Assembly: GCA_964353135.1 (NCBI GenBank) | Contig: CAYGTV010000002.1 | Location: 133,204-167,121 of the forward strand | Source of the DNA: an uncultured Candidatus Saccharibacteria bacterium | Lineage (GTDB): Bacteria; Patescibacteriota; Minisyncoccia; Phycocordibacterales; UBA918 | DNA: 33,918 nucleotides | Reading direction: 5' to 3' | Shown here: positions 9,721 to 18,265 of the stretch, piece by piece | How positions within the stretch are numbered: position 1 is the first letter of the stretch | How the letters are laid out: each line of letters opens with the position of its first letter | Program-made: the position numbers and the translations under genes | The notes under the pieces: generated by a model | Told to the model about the DNA's origin: nothing | The model's input: only the letters and a program-made list of their open reading frames with translations | The model's database searches: none

Positions 9721-10143
9721 TCACGAAATCAAAAACGCTACATAGACGGCCATTGGCAGCACCCAGGTGAAGACATCAAACACCGCTTTGCGGTGACTTT
9801 GGTTTAATTGTTTTGTTTGTACCACAAATTCTTGGAAGCAGAGTGCGATGATGGCTGCTCCAAGTAGTACATATAGTGCGGTTTGGCTACCTAGAAATCT
9901 GTCAGCAAACAGAGTTACAAGGCTGATAAATGTAATGGAACCAATCACATGCCACACCCCCCGGTACAACGTAAGTTTAAAACCAAATCGTCCGTGTCCA
10001 AGTAAATCATACCCCTCTTGTAAAGCTTTTTGGTGAGCACGCTTTCCTCGAACCCACCTCCCTTCAATTTCTTGTGCGAAGGGATAAAATATTTCGGGTA
10101 TTGTAAATAGCCACTGATAGAACGATTTTAAAAATTGCTTCAT
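9721..10143 (-). CDS. Hypothetical membrane protein
   Basis: Start moved to MKQF at 10143 because the 10263 start overlaps the EamA gene; three hydrophobic segments. Confidence 0.7.
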   Translation of the reverse strand: MKQFLKSFYQWLFTIPEIFYPFAQEIEGRWVRGKRAHQKALQEGYDLLGHGRFGFKLTLYRGVWHVIGSITFISLVTLFADRFLGSQTALYVLLGAAIIALCFQEFVVQTKQLNQSHRKAVFDVFTWVLPMAVYVAFLIS

Positions 10144-10168
10144 GGTGAGTGAGGTTAGTATAGCAAGC

Positions 10169-11041
10169 TTATCCAAGCAGCAGAATGGCAGCGATAGAAA
10201 TAACAATCGCCAGAGCCTTTCTGAGGTTCCAATGCTCACTATAGAACATGATCGCCAGTACAATTGGGATAACTATGTATAGAGAATGGATTGTATAGAC
10301 AACAGCCAATGGACCACCCGTTGCAAATGCGTACAAAAAAGCATTAAAACTAACAAATTGAACTACCCCCAGTACTCCAGCTAGTAACAATAGTCTAGAA
10401 TCAAAGGGATGATGAGTCATTGCTGCCGTGGTTTTTCTCCGCATTTTATGGCTTATAAAACCAAGGATTGTACTACCAAAGTGTGAAATGGCAGCAAACA
10501 GCAGTACAGATTCAAATATACTCACGCCATACTTATTAATCGCAGCATTGGTGGCTGTGATCGCAGCACTGATCACTAATAGAATTAAACCCTTTTTTAG
10601 GTTATGTTGGCGACTGCTTTCAAATCTGGATATAAGTAACAGCGGAACTAGTACCCCCAGTAATATTCCCCACCATTCAGCTGTAGTTAGTACTTCTTGA
10701 AAAACAATCAGTCCAAAGAGTAAAACGAATAACGGACTAAAAAATTTATGTAGCGGTAGCAGAATCGTTGTATCTATATAACGCATTGCATCCATGCGTA
10801 AATTAGACCCAACAAGATACGATGCCCCAGCTACTCCGGCAAACAGAACCATTACCCAGGATAGAGAATCAAATCCACCTACAAACAACACCGCAACCAG
10901 GCCGAGTGTCCCAGACAGCATACCTCCATAGGTATTGAGCAGGTTGGAGTTGTATTGCCGAACCGAACCGATCTTTTGGATAAACACGTGCAATCCAGCG
11001 AAAACCGTAGCTATCAACGCCCATATAAACCACATTTCCAT
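10169..11041 (-). CDS. EamA/DMT family transporter
   Basis: About 10 TM in two repeats; C-terminal YIVIPIVLAIMFYSEHWNL shared with paralogs at 20222 and 22857. Confidence 0.88.
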   Translation of the reverse strand: MEMWFIWALIATVFAGLHVFIQKIGSVRQYNSNLLNTYGGMLSGTLGLVAVLFVGGFDSLSWVMVLFAGVAGASYLVGSNLRMDAMRYIDTTILLPLHKFFSPLFVLLFGLIVFQEVLTTAEWWGILLGVLVPLLLISRFESSRQHNLKKGLILLVISAAITATNAAINKYGVSIFESVLLFAAISHFGSTILGFISHKMRRKTTAAMTHHPFDSRLLLLAGVLGVVQFVSFNAFLYAFATGGPLAVVYTIHSLYIVIPIVLAIMFYSEHWNLRKALAIVISIAAILLLG

Positions 11042-11060
11042 AATCTAGGCAGTATACAGT

Positions 11061-11540
11061 CTATCTACTAGCAAGTTCCAGTGCCTTCTTTGCGTATTGA
11101 TAGTGCTCATAGCGTAGTCGGTCGTCATTTTGGTGCATATCCTCCAGCTCCGCTGCGCTCACCCAGCAGAATTCCACATTAGGGTCTTCGCCTGGTCCTG
11201 GGTTAATATCCCGACTGTCAGATGTGGCTGCAAACACCAGTGCACTATGGTCATGGTGCTCATTTATATGGTGTCGGTTAATAAACATTGGTGGAACTAA
11301 TTCCCAATTATGTTCCGTATCCTTCTTTTCAAAGTTAGTTGGGTCAATCAGTTTGATTGCAAGGCCGGTTTCTTCCATAGCCTCCCGCAGAACTGCTTCA
11401 TTTGGGTCCTCATTGGGGTCAATGTGCCCACCTGGTCCAGCCCACATATTATATTTGTCATGCAGACGTAGTAGAACCGCTCCGTCATTAACAATAAATG
11501 CTTCAATACAAAGGTCGAGTGCGTAGTGTAGATGGGCCAT
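11061..11540 (-). CDS. NUDIX hydrolase
   Basis: GGHIDPNEDPNEAVLREAMEETGL Nudix box. Confidence 0.9.
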   Translation of the reverse strand: MAHLHYALDLCIEAFIVNDGAVLLRLHDKYNMWAGPGGHIDPNEDPNEAVLREAMEETGLAIKLIDPTNFEKKDTEHNWELVPPMFINRHHINEHHDHSALVFAATSDSRDINPGPGEDPNVEFCWVSAAELEDMHQNDDRLRYEHYQYAKKALELASR

Positions 11541-11623
11541 AAGATGGAATTAGAAATAAGGTGTAGATGCAGTATAGCAAACGGCCGCGAGTGGCGGCCG
11601 TTTGAAAGATCTTTTGTATCGAC

Positions 11624-12031
11624 TCAGGTCGGTTTTTGATACGCATAGGGCAGGAGACTAGCAGGAGTAACCATCTTATACCCGTCCATGTTCCCTTTTG
11701 GAACAAGCACTTCTACATGAGGAATAATGTCCAACAACAGATGCCTGCAGTTACCGCATGGAGTGATAATAGTTGGCTCGTCGCCAGAGTTACCAGTCCA
11801 GTGAACTGAGACGATCAAATCGAAACGAGTTTTGCCAGCCACGATGGCAGCACTTATCGCGCTCGGTTCACCACAGGTGTCAATCCCCTGTGTATCGAGA
11901 TGGAGACCAAAGTATACATCCTGGTTACACCTGAGAGCAGTTGCAACGTGATGACGACCTTGTTCATAACGGTCGAGGATGAGGTTTTTAGCAGCTCTTA
12001 CTAAGTCTGCGGCAGTAATAAATTCAGACAT
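11624..12031 (-). CDS. Cytidine deaminase family (homotetrameric CDA / blasticidin-S deaminase-like)
   Basis: CGEPSAI and PCGNCR zinc motifs; AGGAG SD before ATG 12031; hairpin at 11579-11603 downstream. Confidence 0.82.
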   Translation of the reverse strand: MSEFITAADLVRAAKNLILDRYEQGRHHVATALRCNQDVYFGLHLDTQGIDTCGEPSAISAAIVAGKTRFDLIVSVHWTGNSGDEPTIITPCGNCRHLLLDIIPHVEVLVPKGNMDGYKMVTPASLLPYAYQKPT

Positions 12032-12096
12032 GATGTTTCTCCTAATTACAGGTCCGAAATCACAATACAACTTTTTTAAAAATTGTCTACCAAAAA

Positions 12097-12609
12097 TTAA
12101 CCCCCCCCACCTTTTAGTAGGTCAAACCCACGTAATATGTCTAAATATTGTGGATCTTCGCCAACGGCCGGGTCAATCATTTCTTCAGAAATAAGTTCAA
12201 GACGACGCGCTATGACATCTTCTTTGGTAAACCAGTCAAACGTTGAATGGTCTTTGGGATCGAGCTTGATTTGTTCTACAGCTTCTACAAACTGCGCAAA
12301 ATAAGTAACCTGGATACTATGCGACCCTTTCACCTCATTTGTATAGGTAAATGAGCCAAATGGATCACCTACAGTAATGCTCATTCCAAGTTCTTCAGTA
12401 ATTTCACGTTTTAGTCCTGCTACGATATTTTCTCCAAAATCCACGTGGCCACCAGGTAATTCAAATGTTCCAGGCAAGAAGGCCTTGGTGTCTGCTCGTT
12501 TTGGCATAAAAAGCTTGCACACTCCATCAAACTCCTGATGGATAAATGCACAAGCGGTAATTACTTGTTGTCCATGGGCTGGAGTCGCACTGTCATGTGA
12601 GGTATTCAT
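12097..12609 (-). CDS. NUDIX hydrolase
   Basis: ELPGGHVDFGENIVAGLKREITEELG. Confidence 0.9.
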   Translation of the reverse strand: MNTSHDSATPAHGQQVITACAFIHQEFDGVCKLFMPKRADTKAFLPGTFELPGGHVDFGENIVAGLKREITEELGMSITVGDPFGSFTYTNEVKGSHSIQVTYFAQFVEAVEQIKLDPKDHSTFDWFTKEDVIARRLELISEEMIDPAVGEDPQYLDILRGFDLLKGGGG

Positions 12610-12705
12610 TTCTTTAGTATAGCAATAAAGAGCGCCGCCCAGGAAAGTCTAGACGGCGGTATGGCCAAAAATAGGCAAAAACAAAACATTTGATACACTA
12701 AATCC

Positions 12706-13518
12706 ATGAAAATCTACTCTTGGAACGTTAATGGCATCAGGGCAGTGCAGAAAAAGGCGCTTTTCGCCTCATTTTTAGCAAAACATGATCCAGATGTGTT
12801 GTGTATGCAAGAAACCAAGGCGCAGCCCGACCAGGTTGAGGATGATTTTGCGGAATTATATCCGGACTATCATCAATATTGGTACTCGGCAGAGAAAAAG
12901 GGCTACAGCAGCACCGCGATCTTTTCCAAAGAAGAACCGCTTGATGTCATCAATGGTCTTCCCCAACACATAAAAGATTCTTACAAACTAACTGACGAGT
13001 ATGGTGACACCACCAACGAAGGTCGGGTGATGGTGGCTGAATTCGAACCATTTTATATTTCGACCGTCTACACGCCAAACTCCAAAGACGACCTGTCACG
13101 GATCCCGATGCGGACTCAGTGGGACCCGGCGTACTTGCAGTACATGACTGAGCTACAAAAAAAGAAGCCGGTGATTTTTTGTGGTGACTTTAATGTCGCC
13201 CACACTGAGCTCGACCTCGCTCGACCAAAACAAAATGTGGGCAAAAAAGGATTCACCACAGAAGAGCGAAAAGGTATTGACGAAATGCACAATCGTGGTT
13301 TCGTAGATTCACTACGTTTGCTCCATCCTGACACCCCCGAGCTGTATACCTGGTGGTCACACTTTGGTGGTGCACGAGAACGTAATGTTGGTTGGCGAAT
13401 TGACTACGTGATGATTCACGAATCCTTAAAAGAGCTAGTAAAACAAGCCCAGATTCACCCTGCTGTATTAGGGAGTGATCACTGCCCCGTCTCAATCGAC
13501 ATCAGCATAGAACTCTAA
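12706..13518 (+). CDS. xth: Exodeoxyribonuclease III
   Basis: SWNVNGIRA, MQETK, CGDFNVAH, YTWWS, GWRIDY, GSDHCP. Confidence 0.95.
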   Translation: MKIYSWNVNGIRAVQKKALFASFLAKHDPDVLCMQETKAQPDQVEDDFAELYPDYHQYWYSAEKKGYSSTAIFSKEEPLDVINGLPQHIKDSYKLTDEYGDTTNEGRVMVAEFEPFYISTVYTPNSKDDLSRIPMRTQWDPAYLQYMTELQKKKPVIFCGDFNVAHTELDLARPKQNVGKKGFTTEERKGIDEMHNRGFVDSLRLLHPDTPELYTWWSHFGGARERNVGWRIDYVMIHESLKELVKQAQIHPAVLGSDHCPVSIDISIEL

Positions 13519-13748
13519 AATGGCCTTTGGGCCATTTTTTACAACAACCCGAAACACACATTTGTCAAACAAATATCTTAAAGGACACTTATACACAGCC
13601 TTGTCCTTTACCCTGTCCTTGAGTAGGAGTATATTGTTGGTAGGCCCAGAAAGGGCAAGCAGTCATCCACAAAGCTTCAAGAGATGAGATTTGCACAGGA
13701 AACATCCTGAATAAATCCCATCTCTTGAAGGGAAGACCCTTCAAGAGA

Positions 13749-13955
13749 TCATTCAAAATCCAATTGAGTATTACCTCCAATAAGTTCGAAAGAACTTAAC
13801 TCAATATAACGACAACATTCGTTATAACCACAACTTAAGAAGAGACGACGGATTCTGTTTCGACCACCCACATAGAAACAGTATTCAAAAACAACATAGA
13901 GCACACTTTTGGTTAGCAACAAATATTGCGCCAACCTGAACAACACGTTCAACAT
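13749..13955 (-). CDS. Possible small orphan protein (68 aa)
   Basis: GGAGAG SD just before ATG and upstream TATACT at 14100-14105; no recognisable family. Confidence 0.35.
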   Translation of the reverse strand: MLNVLFRLAQYLLLTKSVLYVVFEYCFYVGGRNRIRRLFLSCGYNECCRYIELSSFELIGGNTQLDFE

Positions 13956-14106
13956 AAGCTCTCCACAAAGGCCTTGGGAAGCCAGCTAGTGAGAAACCCA
14001 CCCTTCTCGTCAGCTGACTCCCCAAGGCCTTTTTCATACCAAGCGAAGCCAGTTCTTTTTGTTCCTTAGGCAGTCTCTATTTCCGTGATGGGAGATAGCA
14101 GTATAC

Positions 14107-14141
14107 AAAAACCGCTCCTAGAAATTCTAGAGAGCGGTTTT
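14107..14141 (-). terminator. Terminator of the CCA-adding enzyme gene
   Basis: AAAACCGCTC...GAGCGGTTTT just after the stop codon. Confidence 0.65.
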
Positions 14142-14146
14142 GTCTT

Positions 14147-15625
14147 TTATCCTACTTTGTGTTCACGCTGAATGTCTTTTATTGCTTGCGCTTCTTCTTG
14201 CGCTTGCTTTTGTTTTCCGGCTTCAGCCAGTTGTTGTAATTCTGCTTCTGGTAGTGCAAATAGCTCTATTCCCCGTTTTTCCATGTATTCTACAGTATTT
14301 TTAGTGCTATCATCTAGGGCTTCTTCCAAAAGAGCGTGTAAAACATAGCCTAATTTACGCCCTGGGCGTTCTCCGGTGAGTTCCATCAACCTATCACCGT
14401 TGGTTTTAAGCATTTTTACGCTAATTGGGTCCCGCAATGCCTCATCCACCATTGCTTTGTACTTGCGGAACCTAAATGGCTGCTCTTTTGGCCGCCCAGT
14501 GCCAATTCGGTCACAAACCCGTAAATTAAGCAGGTTTTCAATATTATCTTCGCCTATGCGGGTGATTGTACGGCGCACAGCAGACAGAGTTATTTCGTCT
14601 GGATCAGCAAAAAACATGTGCCAGCGCACTAAATTAACCGTTTTCTCGGTCAGATCACGAGGTAATCGTAGTCTGCGCATGATTTTGTTGGTCATCTTGG
14701 CCCCTACTACTTCGTGTCCAAAGAAGGTGTACCGTTTATTTTTTCCACCCTCTCTACGTGTCGCTGGCTTGGCTATATCGTGTAAAAGAGCCGCATAACG
14801 CATAAACAAAGGGTGTTTTTTGTCTGCGGCAGCCTGACAGGTACGTAAATTGTGTTCATAGACATCGAAATCATGGATTCCACCCTGTTCACACCCAATT
14901 CCATCTAGTAGTTCAGGAATAACGTATGAAAGTAAGCCCAGGCGTTCCATCATCACTATTCCCTGCAGCGGAGTGTCGGTCATCAGTAGGCGCGAGAACT
15001 CGTCAGCGATTCGTTCGATCGCGATATTTTCCAAAAGAGCCTTATTTTCATAGACAGATCGCATAGTATCACTCTCGATGGCAAAGTTAAGCTGCCCTGC
15101 TAGTCGCACCGCCCGCATCATTCGTAGGGCGTCCTCAGAAAATCGTTTGTCTGGTTCACCAACAGTTTTGAGGCGTTTTTTTACAATATCGCCTGCCCCG
15201 TCAAACAGATCTACAGTAGTGTTATCTGCTACCCGGTACGCGATAGCGTTGACGGTAAAGTCTCGTCGCTGTAGGTCTTCTTCCAAAGATACTCCAAAAG
15301 CAACGGTGTCTGGTCTTCGGTTGTCGGTATAGATACCTTCGCTACGGTACGGAGTCACCTCGATCACCTGGAGCGTCTCATCTTCGCTCTCAGTCTTTAC
15401 TCCAACTGTTCCAAAATCGTTATTGCAAAATGTCTCGTCCTCACTCCACAGGGCTTGGATCTGTTCTGGATGAGCATCAGTAGTTAGGTCCCAGTCCTTG
15501 GGAGTCCGTCCGATAAGTAAGTCACGAGTGCAACCTCCAACTAAATAAGCAGTAAAACCAGCTTTTTCTAGGGTTTCAGCCACGTTTTTAACTTCGTCTG
15601 GAATATGAACGGGAGTGATCTGCAT
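14147..15625 (-). CDS. cca: CCA tRNA nucleotidyltransferase with HD domain
   Basis: VGGCTRD, DWDLTT, RRDFTVNA, EDALRMMRAVR, LLHDIAKP; consistent with the tRNAs here lacking encoded CCA. Confidence 0.92.
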   Translation of the reverse strand: MQITPVHIPDEVKNVAETLEKAGFTAYLVGGCTRDLLIGRTPKDWDLTTDAHPEQIQALWSEDETFCNNDFGTVGVKTESEDETLQVIEVTPYRSEGIYTDNRRPDTVAFGVSLEEDLQRRDFTVNAIAYRVADNTTVDLFDGAGDIVKKRLKTVGEPDKRFSEDALRMMRAVRLAGQLNFAIESDTMRSVYENKALLENIAIERIADEFSRLLMTDTPLQGIVMMERLGLLSYVIPELLDGIGCEQGGIHDFDVYEHNLRTCQAAADKKHPLFMRYAALLHDIAKPATRREGGKNKRYTFFGHEVVGAKMTNKIMRRLRLPRDLTEKTVNLVRWHMFFADPDEITLSAVRRTITRIGEDNIENLLNLRVCDRIGTGRPKEQPFRFRKYKAMVDEALRDPISVKMLKTNGDRLMELTGERPGRKLGYVLHALLEEALDDSTKNTVEYMEKRGIELFALPEAELQQLAEAGKQKQAQEEAQAIKDIQREHKVG

Positions 15626-15670
15626 GTTGCGGTAATTGTAACAGAAAAGCGGTGCGAATTGGGTGGTTTA

Positions 15671-15875
15671 AGGGGTTCGGTCAGGAGTCGTTAGTTTTAT
15701 GTGGTCACGAGTCGTTAAATATAATCGTGCACTTAGTGCCGATTCTACTAAGCGCTCTCGACCCTTAAAAAGTGACATTGAGTCACTTTTTAACAGCTGT
15801 AATTTGCTCTAGGAAATGAGCAAATTACATGCTTCCGCCTTACACAAAGGCACGATACTAAAACTTTTTAGTATC
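15671..15875 (-). repeat. Degenerate tRNA-associated folded element D (downstream of tRNA-Arg)
   Basis: Minus strand: hairpin+GT, AGGCGGAAGCATGT, hairpin, GCTG[hairpin]GGGTCGAG ... CTCGTGACC; same motif order as element C. Confidence 0.55.
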
Positions 15876-15876
15876 A

Positions 15877-15914
15877 AAAACAAAACACGCTGCCAACGCA
15901 GCGTGTTTTGTTTT
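15877..15914 (-). terminator. Terminator after tRNA-Arg
   Basis: AAAACAAAACACGCTGC-caac-GCAGCGTGTTTTGTTTT. Confidence 0.75.
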
Positions 15915-15921
15915 ACCTTTG

Positions 15922-15993
15922 TGCACCCAGAGGGACTCGAACCCCCAACGACTGATCCGAAGTCAGTTATGATATCCATTTCACTATGGGTGC
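15922..15993 (-). tRNA. tRNA-Arg(TCG)
   Basis: GCACCCA...TGGGTGC-A acceptor; ACTGA-CT TCG GA-TCAGT anticodon arm; GGTTCGAGTCC T-loop. Confidence 0.92.
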
Positions 15994-16074
15994 ATATTGT
16001 CTTCGCTTCGTGTCGGATATCATACGTTACTTTCGTTAAAAAGCAATCAGGTAATACTGCTATACTGTTCGTAT

Positions 16075-16359
16075 ATGGAACTGTCAGAACGATTCATGCA
16101 GACGTTAGAAAAAGAGGGCTTCCCCACTGTTTATGAGTGGACTGATCCTGCGCGTACCGAATACCCAGAACACGCCCACGAAGGAAAGGTAGCCCTATGT
16201 ATAACCGATGGCTCAATTACTATTGATTTTGAAGGCACAATAAAGGTGCTGAAGGCCGGTGATCGGTTCGACGTCCCTATTGGCAAGCTGCACACAGCCA
16301 CTGTTGGTGATCGAGGTTGGACAGTAGTCGTCGGAGAAGAATTTGAAGAAGGTCCGTAA
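16075..16359 (+). CDS. Cupin domain protein
   Basis: YPEHAH, DGSI, LKAGDRFDVPIGKLHTA; ATG 8 nt after TGCTATACT. Confidence 0.82.
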   Translation: MELSERFMQTLEKEGFPTVYEWTDPARTEYPEHAHEGKVALCITDGSITIDFEGTIKVLKAGDRFDVPIGKLHTATVGDRGWTVVVGEEFEEGP

Positions 16360-16457
16360 ACTTATTGTGTATAAAGCAACCACACACCGCTTCCCTTCGA
16401 AGTGGTGTGTTTATATACAAACGAAACATATGTAATAGTGTATAATAGACTATCTGT

Positions 16458-17123
16458 ATGGTTCGAAATCAAGAAAACCTAGTTACTGCCTTACGATTAC
16501 GGGAACGTGGGTTTACCCTGCAGGAAATCGCCAAGGTGTGTGATGTGAGTAAGTCAACCATCTCGAAATGGTTGGCTGGTAACGCTGTTTCAGCTGATGT
16601 CACCAAACAAAACAAACGCCGCGCTGGACAAGAAAACGCTAAACGTCTACGGTTGGTCAATAAAACCCTAGCAAAACAAAGAAATGCTCGCTATACCGAA
16701 CTCGAGCAGGCCGCTATAACAGAATTTAAACACTATAAAACAGATCCCCTCTTTGTTGCTGGTCTGATGTTGTACGTTGGGCATGGTGACATGACGGATA
16801 AGCGGACAATTCGTTTGTCGGGCACGGCAATTGAAAGTCATGTGATATTTCTGAAGTTTGTGCGTGAATATATGGGGGTGACAAACGATCAGCCTCGGGT
16901 CCAGCTCGTCCTCTATCCGGCCCATACTGAGTCTGTGTGCATGAAACGGTGGTCAAAGGCACTGCGTCTCCCCTACACCCAGTTTCACCGCACACAGGTC
17001 ATTTCTAGTACCCAAAACAAGCCATTGCACTTTGGGGTTGGAAATACTATAATCGGCAGCACTGGTTTGAAGCGTAAATTGGTTACTTGGATCAATTTGC
17101 TGCAAAAAGACCTGATAAAATAA
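16458..17123 (+). CDS. N-terminal HTH protein with LAGLIDADG-like segment, directly upstream of tRNA-Gly
   Basis: GFTLQEIAKVCDVSKSTISKW HTH; FVAGLMLYVGHGD resembles a LAGLIDADG helix. Confidence 0.75.
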   Translation: MVRNQENLVTALRLRERGFTLQEIAKVCDVSKSTISKWLAGNAVSADVTKQNKRRAGQENAKRLRLVNKTLAKQRNARYTELEQAAITEFKHYKTDPLFVAGLMLYVGHGDMTDKRTIRLSGTAIESHVIFLKFVREYMGVTNDQPRVQLVLYPAHTESVCMKRWSKALRLPYTQFHRTQVISSTQNKPLHFGVGNTIIGSTGLKRKLVTWINLLQKDLIK

Positions 17124-17136
17124 GAAAAATACCGAT

Positions 17137-17207
17137 GCGGCCTTGGTTAAGTGGTATAACGGGTCCTTGCCAAGGATCAGTCGGGGTTTCGATTACCCCA
17201 GGCCGCA
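17137..17207 (+). tRNA. tRNA-Gly(GCC)
   Basis: GCGGCCT/AGGCCGC-A acceptor; GGTCC-TT GCC AA-GGATC; T-arm GGGGT-TTCGATT-ACCCC. Confidence 0.9.
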
Positions 17208-17256
17208 CTAAAACAATAAACACCCTGACGGGTGTTTATTGTTTTAGTGCGGCCTG
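17199..17256. terminator. 27-bp perfect inverted repeat that includes the tRNA-Gly 3' acceptor strand
   Basis: CAGGCCGCACTAAAACAATAAACACCC-tgac-GGGTGTTTATTGTTTTAGTGCGGCCTG. Confidence 0.7.
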
Positions 17257-17364
17257 TTATATCTACCGGGGGTAGATATTGCCTGATCAACCCATAGTGT
17301 AGCGCTCACATAAACCGCAGCTCACGAGAGCTGGAAAACACACCCCCACGGGTGTTTTTCATTT

Positions 17365-17538
17365 TGTGGCCTTGAGCAACATGCTGGATGCATGTTGCGT
17401 GGTAATCGAAAGAGAGTGAGTATATCGCCCGGAACAAAGTGAGGACGATTCGAGCGTCGGGGTCGCGTCGCACAATAGTTTGGAGTCGTAAGACGAACAA
17501 AATACTGATGCAAAGGTGACTCGATTACCCCAGGCCGC
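17365..17538 (+). repeat. tRNA-associated folded element A (Gly-GCC ends)
   Basis: Inverted tRNA 3' end split by a hairpin (TGTGGCCT..GCAACATGC/GCATGTTGC-GT-GGTAATCGAAA); core homologous to 22661-22780; ends with an 18-nt exact copy TCGATTACCCCAGGCCGC. Confidence 0.8.
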
Positions 17539-17616
17539 TTTACCTACCCTCACCCGCACCGAAATAAATCTCACAACCCCCACGTATACTAGAATATATA
17601 CAAATAGTTAAAATAT

Positions 17617-18258
17617 ATGCAGACAAATCTACAATCTGGGCTAAGTGTTACCCGTATTATCGTAATTCTGGCCGCAATTGCTGTTTTGCTCGGGGTCTTG
17701 AGTATCTTTACTACCTCAGATGGACCCTCAGCCGCCACCCAACTCCTAGAAAATAACGCTGAAATGGAAGTAATCGAGGACATTATGGTTGATGATATGG
17801 GTGAAACCGTGACCGATTCAGCTGCGCAAGCTATAGAAAGTGAAATGATGGAAGATGAAATGGACATGAAGGATGATGATATGGATATAGGGTCAGAGAT
17901 GATGGATGATGCGCCAGAAACAGCATCAGCGCCCGTACCTGCCGCATCAGCTGGTACCTTTCAGCCATATAGTGCAGATAAACTGGCATTAGCAGACGAT
18001 GGTACTGTCGTACTATTTTTCCATGCTAATTGGTGCCCATCATGCCGTGGTTTAGAGAACGACATTAATGCTAGTTTGAGTGATATTCCCGCTGACACCC
18101 ACATTTTAAAGCTCGATTACGATACGCAGACTGAACTAAAGCGGAAATACGGCGTGGTTCGACAACATACCTTGGTCGTTGTGGATGCTAGTGGAAACGA
18201 AGTCAAAAAAATCACTGGACTGACAAATACGCTCGAGCAAGTAGTGAATCAACTCTAA
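17617..18258 (+). CDS. Membrane-anchored thioredoxin-like protein with Met/Asp/Glu-rich linker
   Basis: N-terminal TM; FHANWCPSCR active site. Confidence 0.88.
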   Translation: MQTNLQSGLSVTRIIVILAAIAVLLGVLSIFTTSDGPSAATQLLENNAEMEVIEDIMVDDMGETVTDSAAQAIESEMMEDEMDMKDDDMDIGSEMMDDAPETASAPVPAASAGTFQPYSADKLALADDGTVVLFFHANWCPSCRGLENDINASLSDIPADTHILKLDYDTQTELKRKYGVVRQHTLVVVDASGNEVKKITGLTNTLEQVVNQL

Positions 18259-18265
18259 AATAGCT

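Noticed and set aside
12633-12660. RNase P RNA (AGGAAAGTC motif)
   Set aside because: Only a short hairpin in a 96-bp intergenic gap; no room or 3' P4 partner.
13660-13751. UGA recoding (code 25 or selenocysteine) at a stop followed by a hairpin
   Set aside because: Read-through meets another TGA after 23 codons, and dapD and corA end at TGA at their normal C-termini, supporting code 11.
15816-16136. 106-aa ORF
   Set aside because: Antisense to tRNA-Arg and its terminator.
17306-17583. Three overlapping small minus-strand ORFs
   Set aside because: They overlap element A, whose variation is structure-compensatory and includes single-base indels relative to element B.
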